DNA of 64,000 nt, taken from assembly GCA_030390025.1 (NCBI GenBank), contig CM059432.1:125242001-125306000 (forward strand), read 5' to 3'. A program made the position numbers and the translations under genes. Position 1 is the stretch's first letter; every line of letters starts with the position of its first letter. This DNA comes from Squalus acanthias. Its lineage: Eukaryota. The notes beneath the pieces are model-generated. The model did not search any database, was not told the DNA's origin, and was given only the letters and a program-made list of their open reading frames with translations. This document shows positions 38,801-51,362 of this stretch, piece after piece.

Positions 38801-39805
38801 GAAGCGGTGCCAGGCAAATGGAAACCCAATATGAAGGCCTGAAACAAGAGCCTGTGATGGACCCAACCCCTGTTTGTTGGTTACCAAAAAGGGACTCGCA
38901 GCTGCATGAGTTGGGTTGCCCTGTCTGGCACGTCGGGGCTCTCTTGCAACAGAACAGCAGTGCACTATTTCTAGCAGCAGGTGGTGGCCGGGCTCAGCAT
39001 TGAACACACTACCCACAGGACCTGGGACCAGATGCACAAGACAGCAGAACACTTTCAAGGAAAAAGTCCAAAAACTTATGGCACAAATTGTTGCCGGTCA
39101 TCCTGTTCCCCATTTACTGCTCGCTCATGCCAAACCCTTACATTAATTTACAGCTCTTTCATTGCGTCTAATGCAGACCCATACGTCAGTAGGGCACACC
39201 TGCAAGATGCAATGTACATCAGCAAAGACTGATTGGGCCAAATGGTCTGTTTCGGTGTTGCTAATTTAAGTAATCTCCAACAAGAGGTCCAACGACCTAC
39301 TAATTACCTTCAGTGGCACGTATCCCCCACCATCAACATCAACTAAAGGAAGGCAGAAAAGTCGACTTGCATTTATATAGCACAGATCTCAATGTTTAAA
39401 AGTGCTTTGTGCACAATTAATTACTTTGAAGTAACTGAAAGACATGACACCCTCACATCTTACAAGAGCTTCAGACCTCAAGACATTGTAAACGAACCTA
39501 GCTGCATGATGTGTGGTCATATACTAATACATAAGGTGGCTTGCAGATTACACACATTTCTGTTACTGTGCTCATGTTCTGTCAACTTCCAACAACTCAA
39601 GGATACTTCGCGGTTTGTTCAAAAAGATGGCACATTGAGCGCACAATTTTGACCTAGAAAAAGGCCTCGCACTGGAACCGTAGGTGGTAAACACACACAT
39701 TTCCTCCGATATACCCAAGTAGCTGTGGCAGGGTCTGCGGACTCTCATACTCTGGTAATTGTGGGTATGCGCAACCAGCCTCAGGTAGATCTCCCACTGA
39801 TCATT

Positions 39806-40650
39806 CATAGGATATACAGCACAGAAACAGGCCATTCGGCCCAACCAGTCCATGCCGGCGTTTATGCTCCACTCGAGCCTCTTCCAGTCTTTCCTCATCT
39901 AACTATCAGCATAACCCTCTATTCCTTTCTCCCTCCCTATGCTTATCTAACCTCCTCTTAAATCCATCTATACTATTCGCTTCAAGCACGCCCTGTGGTA
40001 GCGAGTTCCACATTCTCACCACTCTCTGGGTAAAGAAGTTCCTTCTGAATTCCCTATTGGTGACATCTGGTATCATCCTCTCCAGTGCCTCTATATCTTT
40101 TTTATAATATGGCGACCAGAATTGTATGCAATGCTCCAAGTGTGGTCTAACCAAGGTTCGATACAAGTTTAGCATAACTTCTCTACTTTTCAATTCAATC
40201 CCTCCAGAAATAAACCCTAGTGCTTGGTTTGCTTTTTTATGTTATCCTGTGTCACTACTTTCAGTGATTTGTACTCAGAGATCCCTTTGCTCTTCTACCC
40301 CACTTAGATTTGGATTTTCCAAGTAATGTGACCTTCCTATTTTTCTTAAAATGTAACACCTCACATTTATCTGTGTTGAATTTCATTTGCCAATGATATG
40401 CCCATTTAAATTTATTACTGTCTTCTTGTAATTTGTCATAGTCCTTAGTATTGACTATTCCCCCCCACCCCAAATTGGTGTCATCAGCAAATTTAGAAAT
40501 TGTGTTTTTGATTCTAAAGTCTAAATCGTTAATATAAATTGTGAACAGTGGTCCCAGCACTGATCCTTGTGGAACACCACTACCCACCTTCTGCCACTCT
40601 GAATAGTTGCCCTTTACCCCTACTCTCTGCTTTCTGTCTTGAAACCAGAA
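39806..40650 (-). mobile_element. 5'-truncated, internally deleted CR1 LINE, same subfamily as 31872-33479
   Basis: SGVPQGSVLGP, FADDT, LYRTLVRPHLE; tail is near-identical in reverse complement to 33400-33476. Confidence 0.9.
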
Positions 40651-42157
40651 AGCAGAGAATTCTACGGAACTCCACCTCATTCTCTAGCTACCCAAAGGCT
40701 AAAGGAATTCCCAGAGGAATGCCCATTCCTGTTTCAATTGACAGTCACAATCCTTTGAATGGCATGAGGTGTAACATGTGAGAAAAAACTCAAAATTATA
40801 CTTTTAAATACAAAAAACTAAAGATGCATCAAACTAAATGCAACAAAAGCAAAACGAAAAATGCAAAAATAGTAGCTTACGCTCGCTCAAAAAACAGCAA
40901 GATACGCCATTAAGTAACTCAGTGCTGCAGGCCACGATGCGACATTGGAAGTGCGCCTGGCAGTCCGTGATAACACATTTCTGAAGCAATCTTGGGAATT
41001 GCAGGGCAAGGAAGTCCTACTTCAATTTGCATAACTATCGCACTCTAAATTTAGAGTCCTGCACATGCCAGAAGGACAAGCTCAAGCCAATCATAAAAAA
41101 CTGACAGCTCGTTCCCGGGACAATGACAGCGTGCGCCCCCCCACCCCCAAATTACCCAGGCATGACCATGAGCCACCAACACAGACCATCACAAAGTTTC
41201 CACAAATGTCATCTTAGTTCAGTTGATAGTCCTCACCCTTGCCTACAAAACAACATTAATACACATCAAAAATTAAACCATTGGTTGTAAAATGCTTTGT
41301 GACGCCTTATTAAAGGCAAGCCCCTTCTTTTTCAAAGCTCCAATTAGGACCTTTCCTTATTTAATTCTGGCAAGAATATGGCACATGACGAGAAACGTCA
41401 AGGTCACAGTACCAAGAAATCCATCAACTTATACATCCTGGCTCACCATGTGCCAAATAAAAAGGAGAAAATAGCAGAGACCCAGAGAAGCTAGGATCTC
41501 AGAACAGAGTTACAGAGGTGGGCCTGAAACACCACAAAAATGTCAAGTTCTCTTAAAATGCTTCCTTTCTTCTCTAAAATCTGAAAATGTAAAAACAAGA
41601 CACAATACATTTTATCAAAGTAAATACAGTTCTCTGAAGTTAGAGGAGAATGGCCAAGTAAGAGCTGCTTTTTCTGAATATGGCTATTTTAAATAAATAT
41701 ATTTGATAAAGATACAAACGATGTAATTTGGCAAATCGTTACTATTCGAACAAACCCAGCCCGAGAAACAATATACTGCTCCCTCACAGCTTCAGTGCCA
41801 AACCTTAATAGGAAACAAAATCTTTGGCCCACATAAAACAATGAAAATCCTTTAACAAGATAGTAAATATTTTGTACACCAGTAAACAGCTTCAAAGGAG
41901 GGAGGCACAGCACAACACTGAATAAATCACAGAGAATAGCAGTGAAGCATACAGTGCACAGATTCAAACTGCACACCAGGCCATTTTTGGTAGCTAAAAA
42001 TATTGCAGTGAAGTGACGTTTATCCTGATTCTGTGCTTCAATTTTGTCCAGAATAATGCCTTTACAAGAAGCAAGATCAACTACCAATAAATGCAGCTAT
42101 TACCCACTGATTGTTGAACAGAGATCTACATTGTTGAAAGGTCATTTGCTTCCTTAC

Positions 42158-42272
42158 CTACAGTTACTGCAGCAACAACAGGAGAAACAATTACAGATAA
42201 CGTCACACCTCCAGTGATTGCCAAGTTCCGCTTGTGTTTCGAGATGTCTTTTCCTTCGTAGCGATTATGAAT
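42158..42272 (-). CDS. RNF19A: RNF19A exon, second hydrophobic segment
   Basis: Acceptor tttttcAG, donor GTaagg; 115 nt. [38 protein letters not shown]. Confidence 0.94.
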
Positions 42273-44019
42273 CTGAAAAATTAAAAAACCTTCAACAAGG
42301 CGTATAGTAGCTTTCCGTCATTATAGTCACTCCAACATCCCACTACAATAACATGAATTGGTTCAGGCTCTCCAACGGAAGGAGGAGCTGGAGAAAAAAG
42401 GGGAGACGGAGAAGCCTTTTTTTTTTGTCTGATTATGCTCCTGTGAAGCGCCTTGGGATGTTTTACTACGTTAAAGGTGCTATATAAATGCAAGTTGTTG
42501 TAATTTCTTTTCATTATTGCAATTATTGTAATTATGCGCAAATTGGCTGCCGCGTTTCCCACATTACAACAGTGACTACACTTCAAAAGTATTTAATGGC
42601 TGTAAAGCGCTTTGAGACGTCTGATAGTCGTGAAAGGCGCTATATAAATGCAAGTCTTTCTTTCTTATTGGAGGAGGAGGAGGTGGAAAAAAATAAAAAT
42701 TTATATAGTTCCTTTAAAATTAGAAAAATGCCCCAAAGCGATGGACAGAGGCATAATCGACAAATAGATGCCATGCCAAAGTTGAGATATTAGGGGAGGT
42801 AACCAAAAGCTTGCTCAAAGAAGTTAGTTTTAAGGAGGATCTTAAAAGGAGGATGAGGCGGTGGAAAGGTCCAGAGAGGTAATTCCAGAGTGGGGGCCTA
42901 GGCGGCTAAAGATGGGGCGAAGGGTTGGGGGATGCACAGGAATAGGTTTAACCTGCACTGGTTTTTGCTCTCAGACATCAGCAGGTTTAAAAAAGTAGTG
43001 TTCAAAAAATGTAACTTGTGATCCAAAAGGCATTAAAAATCTTAAAAACTCTAGGAATTCACTGATTTTCTTATTTTAGTGCACACTAGCTCATATTTTT
43101 CATCCAATTTAGAGGGGGTTAGCAAGGATTCAAACTTTGGCACAGCTATTAGCTGAAAAATAATTTTATCTCAAGTCGCATTTCAAATCTATTCCTAAGG
43201 AATTATAAAGCCTCAGTTCGAAGAGGGAAACCAAAAATTCTGTTCTATAGTAGTATACGGCAACTCTAAAAATCCTATTACATTTTCAACCTGCCTTTTA
43301 AATTACCTAGTAGACAAGCCTGCTATATTTGACTGGGGCCTTCTCCATTTTGACTCCATGTCATCAGGCTATATTATGGTCATTTAGAGGAAACTTGCTC
43401 GAGTTTGAGACCTCAAGCCTCCCTCAAGAACATCTCGCAGTTCTTAACACAAGAAATTCTCATCAACTGGGCGGAATAGTTTTACAAAATCAAAGATTAT
43501 ACATTTTAATATCAGGTCAGCCTGAAACAAAAACAAAGAGATCCTCCATTTTGATGTTACTGAATAGAATAATAGAATCTATGGTAAACTCGGCAACCGA
43601 GTACACAGCTACTGCCCCACCAAATGCATTACTTTTAGTGGCAACCTAGATTCAACTGAAGGTCTCTATTATTTTAGTGTCTCCCACCAACAAATGGTGC
43701 TCCCAACTGGTCACAATAATTTACAACATACGTTAGTCATAATACAAAGCAACTAAACGGTGTACAACCATATTTCAGCTGCAACCCGAAGGCCAAATAA
43801 ATGTTATAAAACAAATAAATCAGACAGCACAGCTGCACACAAAATATTAAACTGGGCTGAAAGCCACAGGATATTGCATAACACTAAAGTTCCATGACTG
43901 GCAGTATCTACTTATTATTGATTTTATATTTTTACTGCCTACTGCAAAGGTTTATTTTTCCAAAAGAGATAAAGGACTAAGTAGTTGATTTTGTTGCCTG
44001 CATCCACACACATTCAAAT

Positions 44020-44769
44020 AATGGCCCAAAAATTAGTGTCTCTACGCGAGAGTACGCACTGTGTACTCTCACGTATTCTGTCTCCAATTGCCGGTTTCCA
44101 GCATGCACTGCGCATGCGCTGAAAACCGGCACTTGGTGATTTCAAAAGGGGGCGGTTCCTAGGTGAACCGCGTGCGCGCTACAGGCTGCGCGCACGCAGT
44201 GCACTTAGTGCTTTGAACGCGCAGGTAAGCATGGAAGATTTTGCACATAAAGAAAGGAGGCGTAAGACCCACTTTTAACAAGGTAAGTACTTAATTAAGT
44301 ATTATTTTGAATTTTTTTCAACAGGTATATCTTTTTTAGAGACTTTAAAGAAAGGTGAGTTTATTTTTATAACTTTTTAAAAGATTTTAAATTTTTTCAA
44401 AAATTTAATTTTTTGTTTAAAGTGGTTAATTTATTTAACTATACTTATTTTATTAATGTGATGGGTTTTTTAAAAAATTTAATTGAGGTTTAGCTGTTCT
44501 TTTGGGGTGGTATAGATTCATAGCTTTCACAGCACTTGCTGTGAAAACTATGAATGAAAGATGGTGTGCTGCCATTGGCTCTAACTGAATCACGTGATCC
44601 CACAGCTCGCACGAATTAACTGCGCCTGTGGGATACGGAAGCACTGCACAGCTGCTGTCTAGAAAATCAAGTTCGTGCGAGCTCGGAATGAAAAGGCAGG
44701 CACGCAGTGAGATATCGCGGGGAAGCCTTACCCCCGCACGAAGACTCCGTCATTAATTTCTGGGCCATT
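44020..44769. mobile_element. Non-autonomous TIR element (possibly PIF/Harbinger)
   Basis: AATGGCCCAAAAATTA at 44020-44035 vs TAATTTCTGGGCCATT at 44754-44769 (15/16 inverted); CpG-rich arms around an AT-rich core. Confidence 0.7.
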
Positions 44770-47700
44770 GTGTTTAAAGGTTATGCTTCCTTTACAAAAA
44801 TGTAAGCCCCACTTAAAAAGTGAACAGTCACCATTTTCCCCACAGCAAAACATATTCGTGGAGTATTTTTCACTGGATTTGTTTCCTCCTCCTCCTTTTA
44901 ATTGATACTTTCTTGCTTTAATTTACATTCCTAAAAGCAAAAAAAACTGATTTTCCTCTCCACAGATGCTGCCTGACCTGCTGAGTATTTCCAGCATTTT
45001 CTGGTTTTGTTTCACAGTTCCAGTATCTGCAGTATTGTATGTGTGACTGGGTAAGCAATCCGCTACTGATAATGAAAGGCTTAAACAGTAAGAAATGGGA
45101 TATGTCTCATAGCTCTTGAATCTAAAAAGACTTTTAGAAGGGAAACTGCCGATGATTTCCTTCCTTTTTTTCCTTTCCCCCCGCCCCCCCTAAACTCTGT
45201 TAAATCAAATCACCTAAGTGGACATTTCTCATACTAGAGCCGAGACAGTGATCATCTGTGGGCATTTCTATTGCGTCCTCAACCAACTCCCAGACAAGGA
45301 TACACTCCTACCAGGGATCTGTGGACAGCAACCAGGAACAAGAACACAATACCCCCTCTCTGGGCCAAGGAGAGAACCAGTCCATCGTAATTGATATACT
45401 GTAGTTGATAAATATATCTCTTATTTTCTTCTGAAATAAGACTATAGGTTTCACCTCAAATTTAAAATACTGAATCCAACCTGGCAATAAAATTCAAGAA
45501 AACATCTTGCTTCCCATTTGAAATATTAAAATAGCCCCGTGTGAATCAGGGGAATCATTATCTCACTATTACAACCACTTCCTCAATATTTAAGAGGCAT
45601 CTGATGATAAAATATCAGCAAGTCACCACAAGAACACATCTTTTAATCCACAGGTACCAAGTTCCAGAAAACCATGCAGAAATGGCAGTTTGCTCTTCCC
45701 TTTTCCAGGTGGCTAATTACTGGGCCACTAGAGCAGTACAGCCGTCAGTATAAATACAGGCTTCAAAATCATCATGCTGGATATAGAAGACTTGTCTGCA
45801 ATATTATGACTGCCTATAAACAAGAGTTCTAAGTGTTTTTCCCTAGACAGCAAACACTGTGACTATCAAAATTTTATAAGAACTGAAACCGATACTACGG
45901 TTAGAATTATGGAAACTAAAAATTGAACATAGTTGACCTTTCTAAACTTTAACAACATTACAATTTCTGATTCTTACACAAATTACAATGATACATGGCT
46001 GCTAGTGGTCGAAACCACGATTAATCAAGTCTGCTTAAAGTTCGTTAATCAGCCAGGAATAAACTCTGGACTTGCTACATCCCCCAAAATTAATATGGCA
46101 TTGTAAATGGAAGTATCTTAAATATTTGCCAGATCTCTCAATCGGTTTTGCACAAACTCATGGCTCTAAAGAATAATGAGGGTGAAATTTGGCTTGGCCA
46201 CTAGCAATTTACACTCCGCCCGATTGTCTTTTCCATTGCAGTAACTCCCAATATTCCTCTGAACAGCTTCTACCTACAGAGAACATTTAGTGAAAGTGGA
46301 TGCAGTGTGTTGTCCATTTGTCAAGATGTCCATTTCTATGTGTTACCCAGCAGCCACAATTCTATTCAAACCAGTCTACGGTTTGCGGTGTTCAATATCA
46401 GATTCTTTACAGCGAGAACTTTGTTTACAAGCAGATGCTGTGAAGACCTAAACGGTTAACTACTCAGTTTTCAAAGTATTTTTTTCCTCATCTCAAAAAG
46501 AGGAAGCAACCTGGAGTACAGCATTAATCTGCTAACAAACCGCAATAGTCAAGTCATCAAAGCTCCTCAGACTGAACTGTACCGTCCTAGGTATGTGTGG
46601 TTTTATATACTATGTTTTTAAAATTACTTACTTACTAGTCATATTTGGTTTTAATTCCAAATTTCTTTCCGTTAAAACCAGAAATGGTAGGGGCGTCGGA
46701 AAATATTTTAAATACAGCTGAATTTTTGTTTATTTATTTATTTATTTATATATTTTTTTAAAGTGTTTCATAAAGTATTGCCATGGTTTCTGGGGTGTTT
46801 GAGATTCAAAACTGTAATATTTTTGAAAGTACGGAGGTGGTAATTAAACTCAGAACTAGTCTATGTGCCAATTTGATTGCTGTGAGAACAAAACGCCTTG
46901 GTTCCACATGGTTCCCAGTCAGAGCAGATCGTAAAGTTCTGACTAAACTGGCTCACTTCTAGATGCCTGCTGGAACAATCATAATGCTCATAAACTAAAT
47001 AACAGGCGTGTGCGCTGCAGAGGACTGCGCAAACAGGGTCAGTTGCTTTGGATGCACAAAATTTGCACCACAAAGACTTAAACTTTAACAACCTCAGTTC
47101 TCTCACTATAGAACTTCCTGGTCCTTTGGAAGGATCAAAGTCAGAGCTCTACATTGACCAGAGGACGTAGAGTCACTCAATGTCATGTTGGACTCTGTTC
47201 CAAGAGCATTTCTAACAGGCCAGTCTAAGTAAAGGTAAGCACCATGCAACCAGGTGGAAAGACAACTGGTGGTGAGGATCCTATATGTTCAACTCACTAC
47301 TATAGACATTTCCTGTGGTGCTGCCTCATGGCAAACTGAAAATAAGATTTTTTTAAAATATATATATTTTTACGGAGTCTACTGCACAGAAACCTTTTCT
47401 CTTGAGGAATGTGTTATTTTATTCAAATTTAGAATGGGCCTTGAATTTTTTTTTTTTTTTTTAAATGGTTGTATAAATACTGTGTTAATGATTTGTCATG
47501 GCAAATATTTGTTAGTGTTGTTCACAATAATTCTCTCACCTTTTTTTGGCAGTGCTATACGTCTTGCAACTGAAAATGTAACGTCACATGGTGACAGCTG
47601 AACAATTTACAATGTCACACAAAGTAGAAGAGGAATTTAAAATGTTTCTTAAATTTACTGGGATTGCCAGAAACAAATTGGTACAAAACATACACTGCAG

Positions 47701-48126
47701 TCAGGACTATTTATGGGGTTTTCCTCTCACTACCCTAATCCCCAGTGTCCTGCCTTCTCACCCTCCACAAAAAATCAAATCTGCCTTTAAAAATGAGCAA
47801 TTCAGAGGTTCCACGGTCATTAAAGCAGAAGGAACCTCTACTGGGAAAGTACTTCTAACCATGTTTGAGCATTAAGAAACCTTCTTTACCGGGACAGCAC
47901 TAGCTAGAGTACTATTGTGGGGGCCCTCACTTACAGTACTAGTTATTTAATAGTCATTCTGCTTTGGATCCAGGAATCAAAATTCAGGAACAAAGCAAAT
48001 TCCAAGTCCTCCAGGAGGCACTGCAGCTTTAATTGCCATCAGGAAATTTACCCTGCATTAAATACTTGGTTCCAAATCAGCACAGCATGTTTTAAAGCAC
48101 TTTAAATACCAATGTCTACACTGTAC

Positions 48127-48289
48127 CTTTCGGCCTACATATACAGGAATGCCAATGATCATGGCTGGAATGGCAATCCCTGCAATGAGAGCTATTCCGA
48201 CTGGAGCACCAACCAACGTGCCAAGCTGCCACAGAATCTTCTTTTTACGACTCCAAGGTTTCTTTCCCCAAAACGTGCAGCCAGAAGGA
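48127..48289 (-). CDS. RNF19A: RNF19A exon, first hydrophobic/TM segment
   Basis: Acceptor ctttttAG, donor GTacag; 163 nt. [54 protein letters not shown]. Confidence 0.95.
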
Positions 48290-49324
48290 CTAAAAAGAGA
48301 TGCACAGGAGATAAAAACAAAAGTTAGCAAAAAAGGACGCATTGACTGTTGAGTAAATTGCTTTTTTTTTTAAATCATTTCAAAAATATGCAATGTTTCT
48401 TTGAAAGCCTCCCATTTGATCATAAACACAACAGCACATTATGGAACAAAGATACTTAAAAATATTCAAGTACTGGAAAATGAAAGATCATTTGAAATCC
48501 ATGGTTAATGTAATTTCCTGGAGGAGGTTTAAACAATTGATTTTTCAACTGGTTTTCAGAAAATTATTTCAATTACAGATTGAGACAACTGGATCACCCT
48601 TGAAATGAGTGTTAATTTCATAGATGATCTGAACAAACCACTGCAAGAGCTACACAAGCAGAATGTGTGCTTCTTAATTTGTAATCACATGTTCATTCAA
48701 TGAATGGTTTAGGGTAGGATGCCAAATTGCACTCAGCAAATCACAAAAACTGAACCCAAGGACAGCAACTAAGACAACTAATAAAGCAGTTCTATCACTT
48801 TTCTTTCAAGTAGCAGGGAGAACTGTCGTATTAATGGCACTTAGTTATCAACTGAAACACGAGTTGGATACCTTCTCTTTGGACAGGCTAAATTATTGTA
48901 ATTATGATGAAATGCTTTAGAAATCTGGCTCATTTTCCTGTCAGACTGCTCACGCGATGGAGCTTTAATTGCAAGTTCCTTTGTTTGTTTCCACTTCTCC
49001 TTCATTATCCCTCAAATCAATTTATCAGTTTCCATTCCCGTTCTCCTCCTTGGTCTACTTACCAGTGGAAAAAAAACCAAGTTGTTCTGATTAGAAAAAA
49101 AATAGCTGCTGACTTCTGATGCAGATCAGAGGGGCCCCAGAAAGTCCAACCATTTAAACTAAAAACATCAATCATAGCTACCATTGTTGTGGTGTTAGAG
49201 GTTGGAACCCGAGAGCCAATGCCACGCAATAAAAGGTCACGTTTCCATGCCTCATCTCAAGCATCACAAACGTGGTCGCCCTGATTGGGAGCTGGCGCCT
49301 GCCTGGTCAGAGCTTTCTTTCCAG

Positions 49325-49728
49325 ACAGTTTCCTCCCCTTTTTTTCTCTCCTGCTCCTCCTCTCCTGCAGGCACTGATTTCTGCAGGCATATAGTTGTAC
49401 AAGTGTCAGCAACCTTCTGGCACCTTGCACAAGCTGACATTCTGCACACTGAGTGTGGACAGAGAGAGGCAGACTATTCAACCGCAGGGAGCATTATATC
49501 CAAACTCAATTCTGTCCTCACTCAAAGCCCCCATTTGCATCAATGCAGAGTGATCTGGAGCCAGAATATTAGCTATTTCTCCCCCTCCTTAAGCCCAGGG
49601 GAACTGAAGCCAGTTGTAGCACCCTAACTGCTGTCCTAGATGCACAGATTGGAAATTGAACTTGGAACCTTCTGGCCTATGTGTCTTGATTAAATTTGCC
49701 TTCACTAACAGAGCCATTGTGGCAGCTG
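49325..49728 (-). mobile_element. Old tRNA-derived SINE, same family
   Basis: Shares motifs gtgtggacag..gcagactattcaacc...gcatta and ccagttgtagcaccctaactgctg...attgaact with 7955-8201/11121-11226. Confidence 0.65.
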
Positions 49729-51362
49729 TTTGGAAAGTTTAAAAAAATTGTTGAAATATAAAGAAAAATAAGATGGTGAATATTTTTCCCATTACCACTC
49801 AAGATTGGAAGGTCTCATCGGAGAGTATTCCATTAAAGTGCTCTATCTCACACACTCTCGAGTGAATGACAGGTTGTGAATGTTTCCTACATATGGTCTT
49901 GTACAAGACTGAGGAACTGACTAGAGTCTACTGGGGACAAAAATATTACAGTTTTGGTGCCAGAAAGGCAAACATTACAAGGTTAAGGAAGACCAGGCTA
50001 AACACAAACGGTCAAAAGCAAAACCATGTCGTGCATTTATATATTTAAAAACACTTTCAGCTTCCCCCAATAAATAAATGCCATACAAATGTTGCAGAGA
50101 TCATTCAGAACAGTCAATAAGTCATGTCAATGAAGTTGCTTAAAAAGATTATTGTATGCAACATTGAATTTTCCATAGATTGAAATTTATCTTTTAGGTA
50201 ATGAATGCAGAAAGCATTGTAAATGCCAAGAACTTTTCAATAGCTGTCAGTTACTCCTTTATTCTTGATAACACTACAAAACCTCAAATTAACTTAAGAA
50301 TTTTTTTTTAAAGTATTTAAATAATAAGAACTGTGTGATACCTCTAAGCGCCTGGATACAAGATGAGCAAAGTTATGTTTGGATCCACTTTGTGATTTTT
50401 TTTTTTAATGATTGATTGCCAATTTGCTGATAAAGAAATTAACAATAACCAAGCCTTCTCTTCCATTTCCACAAAAAAACAATGTAGTCACTTTGAATTT
50501 GGCACTGGTGGCGTGCATAAACCCTTGATTCTGTTGTATCCACCCAGATACCATCTTCCACCCAACCCTCCAAACCTGCTGCAGAGTCGCCCAACTTGCT
50601 CTTAATAATTTCTCTAACAAACATGCTGTATGCTGCTGATTTGATGAGTCATTGCCATAGAGATAATCTAATGGACATTATAAGAATGATTCAGAATGCA
50701 GTGGGATGTGACTCGAAGAACTGAATCTCAAAGTTATTTGCCTTTGATTCATATTTCTACCAAGTTGCAAGTGCTTGAAATATAATTAATAATCAGGGCG
50801 CAAGTCACTATTTATTTGTTGCACCATTTCAAAAACCATATGGTTTATGTGATGTCAATACTATACTTTACTGAAACTTATGAGTTGCTAGCAGCCTAAC
50901 ACCCTGATAATTGAGGCTGTAACTATTTAATTTTCCGCCAGAAATTTCCAATTACAAAGCACGGCAGTTTTACCGAAGTTCTGGGCACAACCGTCCATAG
51001 ATCAGTCTAAACATACCTCTGTTACTGAGCATACTGCATGAACAAAGGAAAAAATGTGCTGTTGAGGATGAGATAGAAGCTAAATATGTGATTCGCTTAA
51101 CCATACAACTTCAGAAACATTAAGTAAATAAACCGGTTTTGTTCCCATAAGTGACGCATTTTCCATTTCATTTAGGTTTTCGGTGTCACTTTAGTATACC
51201 TGAAGTGCTGTAAATGGCTGCCTTTACACAGATCATAGAAAATTGCAGTAAGCTATTGTGAAAATAACAGGAATTCTTAAATTAGGAAAACTGGAATACT
51301 GTGCATAAAGCAGCCATTATTTAAGCCCTGTAATATTGAACTATGCAACTTCTGTTTTCACA

